This document shows positions 10,104-19,800 of a DNA stretch of 64,000 nucleotides, one piece after another. How positions within the stretch are numbered: the stretch's first letter is position 1; the number at the start of each line of letters is the position of its first letter. This stretch comes from Rubripirellula sp. (lineage in GTDB: Bacteria > Planctomycetota > Planctomycetia > Pirellulales > Pirellulaceae), in the NCBI GenBank assembly GCA_965216875.1, contig OZ244207.1:8032001-8096000 (forward strand), written 5' to 3'. A program made the position numbers and the translations under genes. The notes under the pieces are model-generated. The model saw only the letters and a program-made list of their open reading frames with translations, was not told the DNA's origin and did not search any database.

Positions 10104-11924
10104 ATGGTGGCGTACCTTTCGGTTCGAAGCGGCCCGGAAAAAGGCAAACAATTCCTGCTCGATCCTAATCGTCCGATGCATGTCGGTCGGGGCACAACGT
10201 GTGAAATCATGCTGACCGATCCGGTCAGTTCTCGGTTCCATGCCGTCGTCTATTTCGAAGACGGCAACTGGCATTTGCGTGACACGAGCAGCCGCAATGG
10301 GACGCTGGTCAATGGCCAGAAGACCGATCACGCGCGGCTCCTTGATCAGACGATCGTCAAGGTGGGCAGCACGGAGATGCAGTTGCTTGAGCCGGGGTCA
10401 GAAGATGGCGAGAGCTTGCTGACGCAAACGGTCTACGAAGACATCACGTCGATCGAGCGAAGCTGGAAACCGGAACACGAAGACCCGCTTGCCGTCGTCG
10501 CCACGACAGGTCACCTGCTTGACCTGTACACGCTGAGCTTGACTTTGTTGCAAAGCGACAACCCAGACGAAGTGATCGACACGGTGATCGAGTTGCTTCG
10601 TGATCGTACGCGCGCCGACGTGGTTGGGCTGTCTTTCGATTCAGGTGACGGACGGCTTCGACCCCAACGTGTTGTTCCGCCTGACCAATCGGATGCGGTG
10701 ACGATTGGCAAAGGCTTGATCCGCCGCGTCGTTCGCGAGGGCGAAGCGATTTGGATCAACGAGCATTCCACCAGCGAAATCAATCCGAACGTTTCGGACG
10801 ATTGGTCCGATGTGATCTACGTGCCGCTCGATAGCGGCAACGACAACATGGGCGTGCTTCACCTGTACCGCGCGGCGCCGACGTTCGAAGAATCGCACTT
10901 TGAACTTGCGGTCGCTGCTGGCCGATTGCTGACCGTCGGGCTTTCGCGTGCCTTTGAACGTGATTCGTTGCGTGCCGAAAAACGACGTATCGCTGATCGA
11001 AACGCCGACAACGACGAACTGCTCGGCAAGAGCCCCGTCATGATGAAGTTGAAGGCCAAGATTCAACGTGTCGGGCAAGCGACCGGCAGCGTCTTGATTC
11101 GGGGCGAAAGTGGTGCCGGAAAAGAGCTTGTCGCCCGAGCCGTTCATCGTGAGAGTCCGCGGAACCGGCGCCCGATGTTGACCGTCAACTGTGCTGCGAT
11201 TCCACGGGACTTGATCGAAAGCCAACTGTTCGGACACCGCAAAGGGGCGTTCACCGGCGCCGATAACGATCACATCGGTTGGTTCCAGCAATCGCATACC
11301 GGAACCTTGTTCCTTGATGAGATCGGTGAGCTGACGCTCGAAGGCCAAGCGAAATTGCTTCGCATTCTAGAAGGGCATCCCTTCTTGCCCGTCGGCGCGA
11401 CGGAAGAAGTCTTGGTCGACGTCCGAGTGATCGCGGCGACCAATCGCGACCTCGCCGAGTTTGTGCGCGAGAAACGATTCCGCGAAGACTTGTTCTATCG
11501 GTTGAGTGTTTTTGAGTTGATCGTTCCGCCACTTCGCGATCGAGACGATGACCTCGACATGTTGATCGATCACTTCCTTGATCACTTCCGTCGGCAGCAT
11601 GGTCGGGCTGAACTCGAGATTTCCGAAGCGGCGCGCGAACGACTCACCACCTATCCGTGGCCAGGGAACGTGCGCCAGCTCCGCAATGTGATCGACAGCG
11701 CCGTCGTGATGGCCGACGATCCACGGATCGAGGCCGAGGACCTTGGTTTGCGTGACGCAGGGCTGAGTCGGATGGACACCCTGCGCATCGACGAGTGGGA
11801 AAGGCGTCTGATTCGTAAGGCGCTTGAACGCGCCGGCGGAAGCGTTCCTGAAGCAGCCAAAATGTTGGGCATCAGTCGTGCGACCGCCTATCGCAAGATC
11901 ACCGAGTACGACATCCAACGCTAG
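10104..11924 (+). CDS. Sigma-54-dependent activator with FHA and GAF domains
   Basis: FHA (VGR..SRFHA..SRNGT), Walker A GESGAGKE, GAFTGA, FLDEIGE, WPGNVRQL, C-terminal Fis HTH. Confidence 0.93.
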   Translation: MVAYLSVRSGPEKGKQFLLDPNRPMHVGRGTTCEIMLTDPVSSRFHAVVYFEDGNWHLRDTSSRNGTLVNGQKTDHARLLDQTIVKVGSTEMQLLEPGSEDGESLLTQTVYEDITSIERSWKPEHEDPLAVVATTGHLLDLYTLSLTLLQSDNPDEVIDTVIELLRDRTRADVVGLSFDSGDGRLRPQRVVPPDQSDAVTIGKGLIRRVVREGEAIWINEHSTSEINPNVSDDWSDVIYVPLDSGNDNMGVLHLYRAAPTFEESHFELAVAAGRLLTVGLSRAFERDSLRAEKRRIADRNADNDELLGKSPVMMKLKAKIQRVGQATGSVLIRGESGAGKELVARAVHRESPRNRRPMLTVNCAAIPRDLIESQLFGHRKGAFTGADNDHIGWFQQSHTGTLFLDEIGELTLEGQAKLLRILEGHPFLPVGATEEVLVDVRVIAATNRDLAEFVREKRFREDLFYRLSVFELIVPPLRDRDDDLDMLIDHFLDHFRRQHGRAELEISEAARERLTTYPWPGNVRQLRNVIDSAVVMADDPRIEAEDLGLRDAGLSRMDTLRIDEWERRLIRKALERAGGSVPEAAKMLGISRATAYRKITEYDIQR

Positions 11925-13177
11925 TGATGCGAGCGATACTTTCGGCTCCCGGCTCCCGTGGCGACGTCAATCCGATGATTGCGATCGGACGTGCGCTCAA
12001 AACGATCGGCTTCGAAGTTGTGATTTCGTTGGCCGAGCCTTATGCCGAGATCGCCCAGCACGCTGGCCTCGACGTGGAACCGGTCGTTTCGTCCGACGCG
12101 TTTCATCAAATGGTCGGCGACCCGAATGTTTGGAAACCGATTCGGGGACCGCGAGCGTTGATGCGCGGCGTCGCCTCCGAATTCCTTGCCGCCCACTACG
12201 AAGTGATTCGCAGGCACCATCGGCCCGGCGAAACCGTTTTGGTCTCGCATCCACTCGACCTTGCTTCACGTGTGCACCGCGATTTCGATTCAAACACTCC
12301 GCTGGTGGATGTCCACTTGGCTCCGTCGATTCTGAGAACAAGCAAAGATCGGCCGCGTCTTTCTCCTTGGTGGTTCGAAACATGGATGCCCAACGCGGCG
12401 ATGTCGGCGACCTATTGGTTTGCCGATTGCTTCTTGATCGACCCACTCATCTGCAAGACGCTCAATCCATTTCGAAAGCAACTTGGTTTGCCGCCTGTGC
12501 GTCGTGTGCTTGATCGTTGGTGGCTCTCACCCGACAGGATCCTGGCGATGTATCCCGAGTGGTTCGCGCCGGCGACAGCGGAGTACTCGCCGCGTTTGAA
12601 ACATGTTGGTTTCCCGTTGGACGATGCCGACGATCGACCCTGCGAAGTCGTCAGCGATCGTCCCGTTGTCTTTACGGGCGGGACCGCACACCATCACAGT
12701 CTCGCATTTTTCCAGCGGGCAATCGATGCTTGTGTCGAGCTCGACCAGCCCGGTTTGTTGGTCTCGACCCATGAAGAGAACTTCCCGCTTTCGATTCCGT
12801 CGCTCGTCAAAACGGCGTCCTACGTTTCGTTTTCAAACTTGCTACCACAAGCCAGCATGCTCGTGCACCACGGCGGGATTGGAAGCACTTCCCAAGCCAT
12901 GTCAGCGGGTATTCCCCAGGTTGTCCGCCCAATGGCGTTTGACCAATTCGATAACGCAACGCGAGTCGAACACCTCGGCTGTGGTCGATGGCTCAAACGG
13001 GACAAAGATCTCGCCCAAACGATTCGACAGCTTCTCGATTCGAAAGACATCGCCAGTAGCTGCGGGCGCACCGCCAAGCAAATGAACGCCACCAACGAAA
13101 CCGCCGCCGCCAAAGCGGCAGCCGAGATCGCTGCAGTCTTGCAGAGGTCGGCAAAAAGATGGCGGGCAGAAGAATGA
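11924..13177 (+). CDS. GT-B glycosyltransferase (GT1/MGT, RhlB-like)
   Basis: GSRGDVNP, VHHGGIGSTSQAM.AGIPQVV.P.AFDQFDNA. Confidence 0.88.
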   Translation: MMRAILSAPGSRGDVNPMIAIGRALKTIGFEVVISLAEPYAEIAQHAGLDVEPVVSSDAFHQMVGDPNVWKPIRGPRALMRGVASEFLAAHYEVIRRHHRPGETVLVSHPLDLASRVHRDFDSNTPLVDVHLAPSILRTSKDRPRLSPWWFETWMPNAAMSATYWFADCFLIDPLICKTLNPFRKQLGLPPVRRVLDRWWLSPDRILAMYPEWFAPATAEYSPRLKHVGFPLDDADDRPCEVVSDRPVVFTGGTAHHHSLAFFQRAIDACVELDQPGLLVSTHEENFPLSIPSLVKTASYVSFSNLLPQASMLVHHGGIGSTSQAMSAGIPQVVRPMAFDQFDNATRVEHLGCGRWLKRDKDLAQTIRQLLDSKDIASSCGRTAKQMNATNETAAAKAAAEIAAVLQRSAKRWRAEE

Positions 13178-13655
13178 AGAGGGAGAGGACAGAAAGATAG
13201 GAGACAGAAAAATGAATGCCGATCACGTGACTCCCGTCCCCTTTTCTCCATCGTCCCCGTGTTACTTGCTCTTAGGCCGGAGGCCGGCATATTTCTGCCG
13301 GTGGCGTGAGCCACCGGACTACGTCCCCTTTTCTTCCCCGCCAAGCAAATGAACGCTTCCAACGAAACCGCCGCCGCCAAAGCGGCAGCCGAGATCGCTG
13401 CAGTCTTGCAGAGTTAGGCAAAAAGATGGCGGGCAGAAGAATGAAGAGGAAGGGACAGAAAGATAGGAGACAGAAAAATGAATGCCGATCGCCTGATGAC
13501 CTATCTCTCTGTTTTTTTGCCCACCATTTTTCTGTCGCTCTTTCCCCGTACTCTCGGCCTTTTTTCTCCTTCCGCTGTCGAATTAGCGATATCTGAGATT
13601 GCCGCAGTCATACTGAGGTAGGCAAAAACATGGCGGGCAGATAAATGAAGAGGCA
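13143..13655. repeat. Cluster of purine-rich dispersed repeats (ggcaaaaagatggcgggcagaa...gacagaaaaatgaatgccgatc), a REP hairpin and a re-duplicated GT 3' piece
   Basis: Units near 13150, 13417 and 13621 (partial). REP-like ccggtggc-gtga-gccaccgg-actac at 13298-13322. Bases 13338-13410 copy the GT gene end. Confidence 0.85.
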
Positions 13656-13701
13656 AAGGGACGCAACAAAGAGGCCTGACCCCTTTGATATTTCGATTGC
13701 G

Positions 13702-13980
13702 TTAAAGGTCACCTAACCCTGCAAGACTCTTTTCAACGGACTGGTTTGAAGGAAGCTCGATAACTTCTCCAATCTCTTTTCGGACCAAGAGCGGCCCATT
13801 CCCAGCCAACGCATGGCTGAAGTCTCGCGTTTCCCAATACGCCTTCGTATTGTAGAAAAAAACGAATCCAACATCGTGTTCCTCAACAACCTCTGGATTG
13901 AAAGCAAGTTCTAAACCGGTATTTCTTTCAATCGCCGCAAGGTACTGATCAGCGATCACTTGAGCTTCTTCTTGATTCAT
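13702..13980 (-). CDS. Orphan immunity protein, YrhB/Imm35-like
   Basis: GFVFFYNT..Y.ET.D...ALAGNGPLLV signature; GGAGG RBS; low GC. Confidence 0.75.
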   Translation of the reverse strand: MNQEEAQVIADQYLAAIERNTGLELAFNPEVVEEHDVGFVFFYNTKAYWETRDFSHALAGNGPLLVRKEIGEVIELPSNQSVEKSLAGLGDL

Positions 13981-14050
13981 TCTAGGGCCTCCCCGGCGAA
14001 GCCTTTTCCCAATCATTCGCTTCGCTCAAGTCGTTTGTCGCGGCGATTCT

Positions 14051-14446
14051 TCATGGCCACGGAAGTTCCTCAATTGCCACCGGACATTCAACCGGTGGCT
14101 GAAAATTCCTCTCTTCAAGATGAGTGAGAAAACTGGGTGGCAAAGAAACATTGTGTTGGTCCACATAATGAGCCAAGTCATCTGGCCATAGCCAGCAGCC
14201 ATCAGATCGGTATGCGCTGCTACCACAAAGCTCTTCGCAGAGTAAACACTTTGAATTCGGTCCTGATGCAACAACGACAAGTGGGGCATTCAGAAGATAA
14301 GAAACGACCTTTTTCTGCTCGAAGCCTGACCAGTCCGCATCTGCAACAGCTTCCACTTGCGGAAGATCAAGTTCACCATCGTCTGACCGCCAGAATCCGT
14401 ACCACTGATGAGACCAGTTTGCCACAATAGAATCGACCGGTAGCAT
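14051..14446 (-). CDS. Putative orphan immunity protein
   Basis: AAGGA RBS right after a toxin fragment; CLLC...SDGCWLWPDDLAHYVDQHNVSLP motif, of a type I recall next to Rhs tips. Confidence 0.65.
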   Translation of the reverse strand: MLPVDSIVANWSHQWYGFWRSDDGELDLPQVEAVADADWSGFEQKKVVSYLLNAPLVVVASGPNSKCLLCEELCGSSAYRSDGCWLWPDDLAHYVDQHNVSLPPSFLTHLEERNFQPPVECPVAIEELPWP

Positions 14447-14457
14447 ACGAAATTCCT

Positions 14458-14668
14458 TTACGGAGACGTTCGAGGAGTAAACGTTGTGAACTCACCTGGG
14501 TCACGGAAGTTCGGAACAGTGCGACCACCAACACGCCGACCACCGCTTATGAAGTGACTGCCGTTCTCGGTTGCAAAAATAAACTTGTTGGGCGCAGAAA
14601 CCGGCACGTTGAGTTTATTGGCAAGATTCTGTGCAAACCCAGTTGCACATTGACCTGTGTTGCAAGAT
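14458..14668 (-). pseudogene. Orphan toxin C-terminal fragment (caspase/C80-peptidase-like SCNTG motif), truncated at the Y1 element end
   Basis: SCNTGQCATGFAQNLANKLNVPVSAP...FTP-stop. No start codon; begins at the GGGGAC repeat stutter. Confidence 0.6.
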
Positions 14669-16178
14669 GGAACGACATGGAACGACGTGGGGACTGGAAC
14701 GACGTGGGGACAGAGCATTAAGTGTAGCGACGCGGGGACAGAGCAGGCAGGCGACGCGGAGACAGAGCACGATTCTATTTGATGTTATTGACGTGGCGAA
14801 TTTACGAGCGTTAAATGGAATCGGTCGAGATCGAAGAACGGTCCAATCGGCTTTCGCAAACTGGCTCTTCAAGACGCGGCTCCAGTTGCCGACCTTTGTC
14901 TTGGGGCTCTTCGATGGCTAGGTCTTCTCGCCGTGATGTGTTTGATCCTGTCGATGTAAACGTCGCTCACGTCATCAACCGCACCGTACGCAGGTGCTTT
15001 CTCTTCGGCCAAGATGAATTAACTGGCAAGAACTTTGACCACCGAAAAGTGTGGATCGAAGAGCTGCTCGAACACTTTGCGGCACATTTCGGCATCGATC
15101 TGCTCTGCTTTGCCGTCCTCTCGAATCACTATCACCTCATCCTGAGGACTCGGCCCGACGTGGTCGCAACTTGGGACGACACCGAAGTGGCTCGCCACTG
15201 GCTGATGATCTGTCCGCATCGAAAGGTCGACGGTAAACCGGCCCAGCCGAGCGAATCGGAATTGAACATGATTCGTAAATGCCCGGTCAAACTCGCCGAG
15301 ATTCGCAAACGACTGTCCGATATCTCGTGGTGGATGCGGCTGCTCAACCAACGTGTTGCCCAACGAGCCAATCGTGAGGAGGAAGAATCAGGCCGGTTCT
15401 GGCAGGATCGTTACAAAGCGATTCGCATTGTCGATGAAGAATCACTATTGGCCTGTGCCGCCTACGTTGACCTGAATCCGATCCGAGCCGCGACCGCCGA
15501 GACGCTCGAGGGAAGTGACCATACGTCGGTTCAGCGCCGGATCAACTCCGAACTCGTCAAACATTCGAAGTTGCCGACCGAGACTAGACGCACGCAGCTT
15601 GCTGAGTTCCTTGCGCCATTAACGCTTGACGAACGTTCGGGCGAAGTGGGGCCGATGCCGAGCGAAACCGATTTCCGGTGCAGCGACAAAGGGTTTTTAG
15701 CGATTGATTTCGAAGGCTACATCGAACTACTCGATTGGACTGCTCGCCAGGAAGTCAAAGGTAAACAAGGCAAGACGCCGACGTCGATGCCTCCGATCCT
15801 TCAGCGTCTCGGAATCGAAGCGAGTAGCTGGCTCGAATTAGTGCACTCCTTCGGCAAGACCTTCCGCATGGTCGCGGGACGTTGCGACCGGGTGGATTGC
15901 ATACGAGGTCATGAAACCGGTCGCCGGTTTCGATTGACACCTACAGCGAGGCGTCTCTTGCCTTCCCGGCTGACGGCGTAGCAGCCTTTCTCCCGTGCAA
16001 GCTAACCGCACCGATCAGCTAGCGGTACGCGCGGCCGTTAAGAAAACGGCCGAAAACTTGCAGCCCCAGACCTAAGTGACCCGATCGAAGCCAGAAGAAA
16101 GTTTCGCATCAACACGATGGTCTCGCGCCAACTCATCGCTAGTGGTCTGTCCCCATGTGCCGCTCCCCATGTGCCGTT
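14669..16178 (+). mobile_element. Y1/HUH transposase element with inverted GGGGACAG termini (TIRYT/RAYT-like)
   Basis: Left end: ggggacagagca at 14706 and 14734, ggagacagagca at 14758, with stuttered ggaacgacgt. Right end: ctgtcccc at 16147-16154, with stuttered ccccatgtgccg. Confidence 0.7.
14914..15981 (+). CDS. Y1 tyrosine (HUH) transposase, IS200/REP-associated (RAYT-like) family
   Basis: HVINRTVRR, SNHYHLIL (HUH), GRFWQDRYK, AYVDLNPIRA (catalytic Tyr). Confidence 0.88.
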   Translation: MARSSRRDVFDPVDVNVAHVINRTVRRCFLFGQDELTGKNFDHRKVWIEELLEHFAAHFGIDLLCFAVLSNHYHLILRTRPDVVATWDDTEVARHWLMICPHRKVDGKPAQPSESELNMIRKCPVKLAEIRKRLSDISWWMRLLNQRVAQRANREEEESGRFWQDRYKAIRIVDEESLLACAAYVDLNPIRAATAETLEGSDHTSVQRRINSELVKHSKLPTETRRTQLAEFLAPLTLDERSGEVGPMPSETDFRCSDKGFLAIDFEGYIELLDWTARQEVKGKQGKTPTSMPPILQRLGIEASSWLELVHSFGKTFRMVAGRCDRVDCIRGHETGRRFRLTPTARRLLPSRLTA

Positions 16179-16532
16179 CGACTGCCATCCAGGCACCACG
16201 GCCTGTCATTCGGCGATCGTCCATGCTCGCCGTGTCTGCGACGCTTTCCCATGCTCGGTTCCAGCGCGGCGGCATCGTGCCGAAGATTGCGACGGCCATC
16301 GTGGCCGTCGCTTGTTGCGCTCGAAGTTGCGCGGACTCGGCATCCAGCCGAAGAAGTTGCGGGGCATCGTGCCCCGCCGGGCTTAGCGCCGTCCAATTGC
16401 GCGCGGGTAAGCCAAGCGGCGCAGTGGTTCCGACGGCTTGCAAGTGCGTCCAGATGGAAAGTCGTTTGGCCGTCGGTTTCAGTTGGAACATCAACCGAGG
16501 TTTCGCCGCGACTGGTCAATCGTTCGCTTCGG

Positions 16533-16844
16533 TCACGTCGTTTGTCGCGGCACTTGTGCGTGAAACGCCTCTTCTGCTTCGCAGACAAGCTTGCCAAGTT
16601 CTGATTCGTAAGGCCACCCGTCCGCAACAGCCATGCCCATGTACCTGTTGGGAATTTCAGCATTCAAAGGATCAGCAAGTGCCGATCGCATTTGCAGAAG
16701 CGTTTGCAGAAAACGTTTAACCTGCGGGTTCATGTAATCAGGGAGGCTTGTGTCGCGATCCCCTGCAACGTGTCTCTCCGCACGTTCAATTGCATTCTCG
16801 ACTCGGTCAACGGCAGTTTCTCGGTTCATTGTCTTAGCCTTCAT
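16533..16844 (-). CDS. Cognate immunity protein of the Rhs toxin (helical, possibly Tsi6-like)
   Basis: ATGA overlap with the Rhs stop; small and helical (LQTLLQMRSALAD...MGMAVADGWPYESELG). Confidence 0.7.
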   Translation of the reverse strand: MKAKTMNRETAVDRVENAIERAERHVAGDRDTSLPDYMNPQVKRFLQTLLQMRSALADPLNAEIPNRYMGMAVADGWPYESELGKLVCEAEEAFHAQVPRQTT

Positions 16845-19800
16845 GGGGCGATCAGATTGTCGAGGTCCGCGATGTACTTCTGAATCTGACCGCCGGGATA
16901 GAAGCCCTGACGAGCTGCTGGACCTTCAAAGATTGTCGTGCCAGGACGAATCTGGAACTGACGGAAATGAGTCATCTGATTCCAATCCGTCGGAAGTGCC
17001 AACGAATTGCGAGTCGCGGGGAATTCTTCAAACAGATAGCGACCTTTAGGCCATGCGTTTACGTTGTCAAAGTAACGAATGCCGTACTCAGCATCCCCAG
17101 CTACTCGGACTTGCATCGCCTTTCGATCGAACGATTCGAGTACTTGCTTCCGGATATGACGCGGAACACCGGCGTCTCGCAACTGCTGTGACGCCTGCCG
17201 AACTCCTGCATACGCTTCCGGCGTTGCGTGCCTGACCGTCGCTGTTGGACTTGGGGCACGTAGTAGTGACCTGCCAGATCCTAACAAGCTAACGGGCGCT
17301 CCTGCAACCGCATTGATCGATTCAGCCGCTAGTTCTCCGGCAACTCCTCGTAGTCCAGCGGTCGCCGCGGCGCGGAAGAGTCCGGCACCGAGGCCCGCCG
17401 CGTAAAACTCTGGTTGAATCGACGTGATTCCCGCGTCTTCGAGGCCGACGGGAATCGATCGTAACGATCGAAGACGCGTGATGATACCTCCGGTTTCGCT
17501 CTCAAAACCAAATGCGTCCGCTCCATGCAACGGCCCTAGGTTGATTGGTAAATTATCCAATCCCTCCGCCCTGAATTGATTCCACAGGTCGCCTTGCAGT
17601 TCCCTCAACGCCATCCGTTCACTGATTGATAACGCGTCCGACCCTCCGGTCGCGTAGAGGTAGTCGGAGCGCTGGCCAGCTGCCTCGTAGGTGAACATCA
17701 TGTCCAAGGCGCGGATTTGTTGGGGGGTATACTTATTATCGAGGAATCCCATCGCTTGGTCCGCGCGGAGATGCTGCAAGCCGTACCGCTCACCGTAGTG
17801 CAGGCGATTAGCGGCATACTGCGTCTGTACGATACTACTTGCGGCACTCGTGAAACCTCCTACGGCACTACTCAGCTGACTGCTAACTGCTCCTAGGTTG
17901 CCGACGCTGATATTGCCTATCGCTGAGCCGACACCTTGCGCGAAATTCGAAACCGATTCCCAACCACTCGGCGTGGGTTGGGAATTTGCGTAATAGCCAG
18001 CAAGGCTTCCCACAACGCTACTGGCGGTAGAGTTGACCGCTGTCCCAATGCTGCTACCCAGCGCGACGAGCGGGTGCCCACTCAAAACAAGTCCGCTTGG
18101 ATCTCGGAAGTTGACCGGATCGCCGGCGGCATAGCTGTAAAGATTGACTCCTCCAGCGTGCCCGATCGGGTCTTCGCTGATGAACCGACCTTGGCCGCCG
18201 TCGTACCAGCGGGCGCGATTGTTGTAGAGCCCGACATCGCTGTCCCAGCTGCGCCCTGCAAAGGCCGCATCGACGGCAAGGGCATCAAGCGCGACCGACG
18301 ACTCGGTGTCATCAAATACGCCGGTGATGTCGCCAAAAGCGTCGTATTCGAGATGCTGTACCAGCAGCTCGTCGGCACCGATCAGAACATCCCGAACGCT
18401 GCCATTGTGGTCGGTTGCTGTCCAATAGGGACCGCTTTGCGTCCCGCCGTGAATAAGCGGATCGACGTATTCTTGCTCGTAGATTGGCGTGTCGGTCGCC
18501 GGTCCACTAAGCACGCGCCGCTTGTAGCTGCCATCAGTCGTGGTGGTATCGTCCGCGCCGGTCTGGTCGGTCCAGTTGCCTTGCAAAACCGCAACCAGCT
18601 GATCGCCTTGATAGACATAGTGTTCGACATCACTGATGTCCCAGTCGCCACCGCCGTTTTGCGTCTCGACGATTTTTCGCACCAACAGATTGCCGTTGCT
18701 GTAGGTCAAGCGAACACGATCCGTTGCCGAGCCCACAGCCGATGGCTTTTGACGCACCTCGACCAGTCGGTTGCGATGGTCCCAGACGTATTCCACGTAG
18801 TCGCCAGGACCGTTGTCACGTCCGGTGAGATTGCCTTCATTGTCATAGGTGTAGGCTGGGCCCGACCCGCCGTCGGTCGTGATGCGGTTGAAATCGCCGA
18901 CGACTTGGTTTGCGACTTCAACGCCATTGTCAAGGACGCGATCACGATTTCCGGCACTATCAAGTTCGAAGACGCGATCGACGCTCGCACTCAAATCGGT
19001 CGCCGAGACGTGGTTGTCAACCAGATCGTAGTCCCAACTGGCCAACCGCCCCGCGTCGTCAAATCCGGCGACCTCGGTGCGGCTTACATCGAGAGTTGGC
19101 CATGAGCTCGTCGAGTCGACCTGGGTGATCCGCGATGCGTTGTCGTAGAGGTAGTCATACGTGGCAAACGGCGAAGCTGACTCACTGTCGCGGCGGTGGG
19201 CAATCTGTTCCAGCCGACCGGAGGGATCGTATGCAAACTGCGATCCAAAGTAGAAATCGAATCCGTTCGTTCCCGTCTGCGGATCATTGTCGGTGTCAGC
19301 GTGACGGGTGATCGACGTGGTACGCCCCGCATCGTCGTAACCAAAGGCAACCGACTTCTCTCCCTGACCTTGCGCGGCCGCTTCGTTGATTAGGATCTGT
19401 CGTCCCAGCGAATCGAATTCAATCACCGCGTCCACGTAGGTGATGTTGTCATCGGGAATCGATTGATTGATCGGCTCGAACGTCTGCTTGTATTGGTAAG
19501 CGTTCAGTCCCGTGCCGGAGTAGTTCGTTAGGTCGTCGTGTTGGTAGGTCTGTAATAGTTGGGGGTTGCCGCGACTGGCGCCTGACGCGTCATCGGAATT
19601 CAACTGTTGGACAAGCCGACCAAGAGCGTCATACTCGAACGTGTCGGTGTAGACCTGCTGTTGGCTGTACGCGTCATCTAGGAAGTAGGAACGCGTTAGC
19701 CGTCCGAGCTTGTCGTACTCCCAAGCCAGTGTTTGTTCGGCAGTGGAGCCGTTGAGGAACGTCTCGCTCGTTTTGCGATCGAGTCCGTCGTAGTCATAGT

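Noticed and set aside
14669..14769. Possible mini-CRISPR (ggggacagagca repeats)
   Set aside because: Units are too short and irregular; better explained as the end of the Y1 element.
16072..16720. Several overlapping ORFs of 89-214 aa
   Set aside because: No recognisable motifs or RBS; they cross the element end and the immunity gene.
17936..19105. 389-aa plus-strand ORF and similar ORFs inside the Rhs gene
   Set aside because: Antisense shadows typical of GC-rich coding DNA.
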